This document shows positions 60,088 to 64,000 of a stretch of DNA of 64,000 bases, in pieces (the first letter of the stretch is position 1; each line of letters opens with the position of its first letter). The position numbers were made by a program, and so were the translations under genes. The notes beneath the pieces are model-generated. The model did no database searches. It saw nothing but the letters and a program-made list of their open reading frames with translations, and was not told where the DNA came from. The stretch comes from a virus. Where the stretch lies: IMG/VR virus record IMGVR_UViG_3300045988_137393; one strand, written 5' to 3'.

Positions 60088-60609
60088 ATGAACACAAAAA
60101 TTATTAGTGTGTTTCATGCTTGTGGTAAGACATATGCTTTTAAAAAATTAAATGAAAAAGGTTATAAGATTCTCGATAGCGATAGCAGTCAGTTTAGTTG
60201 GTGCTATGATTATAATCTGGTTAATTCAGATAAAATTGAAAAGTATCGTAATCCTGAATTTCCAAAAAATTATATTCAGCACATTAAAGAGAATATTGGG
60301 AAAGTTGATTATATCTTTGTAAGCAGCCATAAAGAAGTTAGAGACGCTTTGATTGAAAATGGAATTTATTTCACATTAGTTTATCCTGGCAGAAAGATGA
60401 AAGCTGAATGGGTTGGCAGATGTTTCTTGCGTGGAAGTGGCGAAAAGTTCTGTCAGCTAATTGCAGACAATTGGGATAAATGGATTGATGAAATGGAAGA
60501 AGTAGAAGGTTGTGATAGATATATTCTTGGCGAAGACGACTCTATTGATCCAGATGACTTAGATAGATATTACTACTTAGGAGAATTAATCGAAAAAGGA
60601 TTGATTTAA
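60088..60609 (+). CDS. P-loop NTPase/kinase-like protein (173 aa)
   Basis: ISVFHACGKTYAFKKL is Walker-A-like, followed by ILDSDSS. ATG 4 nt after GGAGAATAA. Confidence 0.55.
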   Translation: MNTKIISVFHACGKTYAFKKLNEKGYKILDSDSSQFSWCYDYNLVNSDKIEKYRNPEFPKNYIQHIKENIGKVDYIFVSSHKEVRDALIENGIYFTLVYPGRKMKAEWVGRCFLRGSGEKFCQLIADNWDKWIDEMEEVEGCDRYILGEDDSIDPDDLDRYYYLGELIEKGLI

Positions 60610-60682
60610 AGAGCGAATAACAATAAGTAGGAAGTATTCTGAAAGAGTAATCAATCAGGAAAAGAAAGGAGAAGACAACAGA

Positions 60683-61822
60683 ATGAACAGTAGCATTTTT
60701 GTTCCTAAAACGATAAATGTTGGATATCAAAATCGTTCAGGAACATACACAGGGAAGCTTGCTTATGTAATTTACTATGACGAAAAGGGAAAGCTGCGAA
60801 AAGAGACTTCATGGAATGGTTGGCGAGACAAGGATATTCCGAATGATGAATTTGATAATGTCCCAACAGAAGGATTTGTATTGAATAAGAAAGCTGGCGA
60901 TTACTCTACAGGATGGGATCACAGACATGCTTATTGTAGAGTATATGATCCAAGAGGATTTGAGTTTGAAATTACTATTGAAAATTTATTATACATTCTC
61001 GAAAATGCGAATTGTATCAAGGGTAAGGGACTTGAGGGAGAATTTATATATGGATGGGATGGTAAGGATTTAGTTCTTATGCCAGTTGAGTCACCTGACT
61101 ATAAGCAGATTAGTGAGTTTAATAAAATTATCCATAATAATGAAACCATTAAAGCAAAAGATTTAATTATCGGTGCTACATATCTCACAAAAGATAATGA
61201 GAATTGGATTTATATGGGTAAATTTGAAGCTTTTGACTATTGGGAAGGAACAAATAAAGGTAAACATTTTTGGTTTTGGCATAATGGTATTTTTGAACAT
61301 TATAAATCTTTACCAAAGAATAAATTTATCAAATGTATTGATAACAAATGCAGTGAAAAATATGCAAATATCTACAATAATTTAGAAAGAAACTGTGAGT
61401 ATTCTCCATACGACAGTTCAAAAAATGAATATAAATATTTCACCTTTGATGAATTTAAGGAAACGCCAAACACAGACTATTGGATAAGAGGGAATTTTAT
61501 AAGCGAATATTACAATGGTTGTAAATATGAGTTTGATGTTCAGCCAATAGAAAAAGGTAAAGATCTATTTATTGTTCGTCAAAAGGAGAACATATCAAAT
61601 AATACTTATTGGGGTTCTTATACAGAATATGTTGAAGTAACCGATATTTTTCCGACTACATCTAAAATGGTTAAATCAAACCGTTATCCATATAAAGACA
61701 TAGAAGAAAAGCATATGATTCCAGTTACGTTAGAAAAGATTTTTGAAGTGATGAAGCCGATGTATATTCAAAAATATTTAGCAAATGGTAGAGAATATAA
61801 AAAGGAGTACGAAATTAAATGA
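60683..61822 (+). CDS. hypothetical protein (379 aa)
   Basis: Long ORF with SD AAGGAG. Confidence 0.75.
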   Translation: MNSSIFVPKTINVGYQNRSGTYTGKLAYVIYYDEKGKLRKETSWNGWRDKDIPNDEFDNVPTEGFVLNKKAGDYSTGWDHRHAYCRVYDPRGFEFEITIENLLYILENANCIKGKGLEGEFIYGWDGKDLVLMPVESPDYKQISEFNKIIHNNETIKAKDLIIGATYLTKDNENWIYMGKFEAFDYWEGTNKGKHFWFWHNGIFEHYKSLPKNKFIKCIDNKCSEKYANIYNNLERNCEYSPYDSSKNEYKYFTFDEFKETPNTDYWIRGNFISEYYNGCKYEFDVQPIEKGKDLFIVRQKENISNNTYWGSYTEYVEVTDIFPTTSKMVKSNRYPYKDIEEKHMIPVTLEKIFEVMKPMYIQKYLANGREYKKEYEIK

Positions 61823-62226
61823 GTAAAAACGATGACAGAATTTTAGAATTAAAGAAACAGATTGAGACAAAAAAGAAATCAATTTCTGAGAAGAAAATCA
61901 GATTTATTCCTGAAACAAATTGTGTTCTTAATATGGATGGAATGACAATTAATCTCAACGTGTGTTCAGATGATGCGTTGTTGTTACTTTTGATTAGATT
62001 GAATTCATATTTAATGTCTGCTAAGGATCTTAATATGACTGATTTTGAAATTTCAGGATACAGTGTGACAGCATGGATTAAAGATATTAAGAGTAAGTTA
62101 GAGGTATCTGGTCTAAAGAAAGAAGAGTCTGATTTGAAGAAAATGGAGAGCAAGCTGGACAAATTACTTTCTGATGATAAGAAAACAGAGCTGGAAATTG
62201 ATGAGATTGCTGCTTTATTGAAGTAA
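61819..62226 (+). CDS. hypothetical coiled-coil protein (135 aa)
   Basis: ATGA overlap with the upstream stop. Confidence 0.65.
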   Translation: MSKNDDRILELKKQIETKKKSISEKKIRFIPETNCVLNMDGMTINLNVCSDDALLLLLIRLNSYLMSAKDLNMTDFEISGYSVTAWIKDIKSKLEVSGLKKEESDLKKMESKLDKLLSDDKKTELEIDEIAALLK

Positions 62227-62269
62227 AAGAGAGAATAATACAATAGGTAGTATATTTCATAAAAATACA

Positions 62270-62314
62270 TACTATATATAGTAGTTAAATAAATTTAAAC
62301 TACTATATATAGTA
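62270..62314. repeat. 17-bp perfect inverted repeat (TACTATATATAGTAGTT / AACTACTATATATAGTA)
   Basis: Arms at 62270-62286 and 62298-62314, with an 11-nt loop. Downstream of 61819-62226. Confidence 0.85.
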
Positions 62315-62326
62315 ATAAAAAAGGAC

Positions 62327-62353
62327 AAGAAATATCGGTTTCTTTTGGAGGTG
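62327..62353 (+). promoter_or_regulatory. AAGAAA-tatcgg-TTTCTT hairpin fused to GGAGGTG SD (recurrent motif)
   Basis: AAGAAA 62327-32 pairs with TTTCTT 62339-44. SD at 62347-53, TTG start at 62359. Confidence 0.5.
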
Positions 62354-62358
62354 AAGTA

Positions 62359-62742
62359 TTGGGGCGATTATGGAAAGAAGTAGAAAATAAACTGAATAAT
62401 AGTGGGCGAAAGTGGGGAGAAACCGATTATATGCCATATAGATGTGCTGAACTATTTTGCGAAAAATGCGGTAAGAGTATGGGAGTGCAAGATATTGTAT
62501 GCACTGATTTACGAACACTTATGTACTGTAATGATTGCGTTAAACCATATATACGACAAGTACCATATAATTTGGCAGACGATAAAGAAATAGTTTGTGA
62601 TAATGGATTAACAGTAGAAATTAAATATAAGGACAATTATTATCATGAACTAACTTGTAATAAGATTTGTTATTTTAATAAAAAGGGAAGATATATAAAA
62701 ATTAAAGGAAAAACTTATTACTTGAATATTAATCAAGAATAA
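62359..62742 (+). CDS. hypothetical Cys-rich protein (127 aa), TTG start
   Basis: TTG 5 nt after GGAGGTGA. Confidence 0.6.
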   Translation: MGRLWKEVENKLNNSGRKWGETDYMPYRCAELFCEKCGKSMGVQDIVCTDLRTLMYCNDCVKPYIRQVPYNLADDKEIVCDNGLTVEIKYKDNYYHELTCNKICYFNKKGRYIKIKGKTYYLNINQE

Positions 62743-62778
62743 GCACAAAAATTATTAATTTTCCTTGGAGGTGAAAAA

Positions 62779-63063
62779 GTGAGAATAGAAGAAATTGCTT
62801 TAAGGCAAGAAGCAAGACAAATGTTATGTGAAGCTGGTTTAAGTAAAGAGGAACTTAAAGAACTGGTATTAAAAGATATAGATGATAAGGTAATTCAAGC
62901 AATTGAAAGTAAAATCAAGGGTGTTGATTTTGAACAAATGATTATGGATAGAGTTGATAAAGCTTTAACCAAAGCAATTGATGATATTGTTCGAAGAGAA
63001 GTAGAGGGATATTTTTATAACAGAAGGCTCAACATTCATGCAACTGCTTCATTTGAAGAATAA
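62779..63063 (+). CDS. hypothetical protein (94 aa), GTG start
   Basis: GTG 5 nt after GGAGGTGA. Confidence 0.6.
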   Translation: MRIEEIALRQEARQMLCEAGLSKEELKELVLKDIDDKVIQAIESKIKGVDFEQMIMDRVDKALTKAIDDIVRREVEGYFYNRRLNIHATASFEE

Positions 63064-63105
63064 AAAATTGCAGTAAATTTCGATTTCTTGCGAGGAGGTG
63101 AAATC

Positions 63106-63219
63106 TTGGAGAAAGTAATTAAATATAGATGTTCTGAATGTGGAGAATTATTTGATACATCTGAAGATGCTTTGGATGAATTAAAAACGGGTAAGTCGTT
63201 TTTAGTTAAATGGAATTAA
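63106..63219 (+). CDS. small Zn-ribbon-like protein (37 aa), TTG start
   Basis: TTG 5 nt after GGAGGTGA. MEKVIKYRCSECGELFDTSEDALDELKTGKSFLVKWN*. Confidence 0.45.
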   Translation: MEKVIKYRCSECGELFDTSEDALDELKTGKSFLVKWN

Positions 63220-63244
63220 TAAGAATAGAGAATATATAAGTGAG

Positions 63245-63562
63245 GTGAAAAAAATAGAGGATTTTATAAACTTATCAGATATTATTATTGATAAATTATA
63301 TAATATACATATAGATGCAAAAGGTACTATTAAAGACAAATCAGAAAGTATAAATATCAGAATTGATATTTCGAATTTAAATGACGCAAAGATAGAAATT
63401 ACTTGTTGTGATGAAAAGAATCCTATAACTGGGAAAATAGAACATAAGGAAAAAGCAACAATTAGTTTCGAAGATATGAAATGGACTTATAAATTCCAAG
63501 ATAAAAACAAAACTAATATATTAGAATGTTTATGGAAAGCAAGTAAGACAGAGAATACATAA
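63245..63562 (+). CDS. hypothetical protein (105 aa); start ambiguous (GTG inside the SD, or ATA 63254)
   Basis: The GTG is part of GAGGTGA. In-frame ATA lies 6-7 nt downstream, where sibling genes carry GTG/TTG. Confidence 0.55.
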   Translation: MKKIEDFINLSDIIIDKLYNIHIDAKGTIKDKSESINIRIDISNLNDAKIEITCCDEKNPITGKIEHKEKATISFEDMKWTYKFQDKNKTNILECLWKASKTENT

Positions 63563-63578
63563 TTAAGAGGTGATAAAC

Positions 63579-64000
63579 TTGGATACGCAGCTATGTAAAG
63601 CAAAATTACTAAATTCTAACACATGGGTTACAGGATTTTATGCGAGTAAACAAGAGACTACATATTGTTTTAAAGAAGATTATGATAGAAATCCTGTTCA
63701 GACACATCATTATATCATCCGTGATGAGATGACAGATTGGGGATTACCAAATGTGTTTAGAGAATATGAAATAGATCCAAAGACATTGTGTAGATGTACA
63801 GACAGTCATGATAAGAATGGTAAGTTAATCTTTGAAAACGACATTCTAAACGGAGAATTATGTAATGTGGTCTCTTATGGAAATGGTGAGAATGAATTTC
63901 TCGGAATGAATGTTGGTTGGTATGTTCAGAGAGATAACTTTGAATCATGGTGCGAATTAAATGATTTGGAAATGTATGAAGTAACAGGAAATATCTTAGA
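63579..64000 (+). CDS. YopX-family phage protein, N-terminal part (runs off window end), TTG start
   Basis: Not in ORF track (no stop). TTG 5 nt after GAGGTGA. CRCTDSHDKNGKLIFENDIL...GWYVQ...YEVTGNIL matches the YopX pattern. Confidence 0.65.
   Translation, partial: MDTQLCKAKLLNSNTWVTGFYASKQETTYCFKEDYDRNPVQTHHYIIRDEMTDWGLPNVFREYEIDPKTLCRCTDSHDKNGKLIFENDILNGELCNVVSYGNGENEFLGMNVGWYVQRDNFESWCELNDLEMYEVTGNIL

Noticed and set aside
1-64000. Genome-wide stop-codon reassignment (TAA, TAG or TGA recoded)
   Set aside because: TAA terminates the large majority of well-supported genes, often inside the GGAGAATAA junction. TAG and TGA also end ORFs at sensible lengths. Only isolated in-frame TAA cases exist, so at most local read-through or mutation is plausible.
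1-64000. CRISPR arrays, rRNA genes
   Set aside because: I saw no regularly spaced direct repeats with unique spacers and no rRNA-like conserved stretches.

Overview
AT-rich, very gene-dense window with more than 150 short ORFs, nearly all on the plus strand and preceded by GGAGG-type Shine-Dalgarno (SD) sites. It reads as part of a large dsDNA phage or prophage of a low-GC Firmicute: YopX, DUF551 x2, ParB/DUF262 proteins, Dam/Dcm-type methyltransferases and many tiny Zn-ribbon ORFs. Positions 1-1315 form a short minus-strand arm. Positions 1316-3930 are a divergent, ORF-poor zone holding a self-contained Big_2 secreted-protein gene, a GT-rich iteron-like tract, a ~0.7 kb hairpin-dense ORF-free stretch (candidate large ncRNA) and two aberrant tRNA-like elements. 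Recognisable cargo: (i) a tyrosine recombinase, XRE regulators and a MazF/PemK toxin, followed by an IS30-family insertion with a 14-bp target duplication and two tRNAs (Gln-UUG, Met/Ile-CAU) without encoded CCA; (ii) a sigma-70-like::DUF262 fusion; (iii) AbrB, a P-type Ca2+-ATPase, three TerD paralogs and a PspA-like protein; (iv) a Tpt1/KptA, unknown, CCA-adding enzyme, DHH/DHHA1 operon; (v) an Rnl5-type RNA ligase, Pnk-HD and Pth2; (vi) three orphan DNA methyltransferases; (vii) LemA, a radical-SAM enzyme and a P-loop protein. Sequence-level oddities: a GGAGAATAA stop/SD junction reused at least 14 times, AAGAAA-loop-TTTCTT hairpins fused to SDs, frequent TTG/GTG (possibly ATA) starts, and several ORFs cut by in-frame TAA or lacking a start codon. 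All functions are inferred from motifs read by eye; no searches were run.
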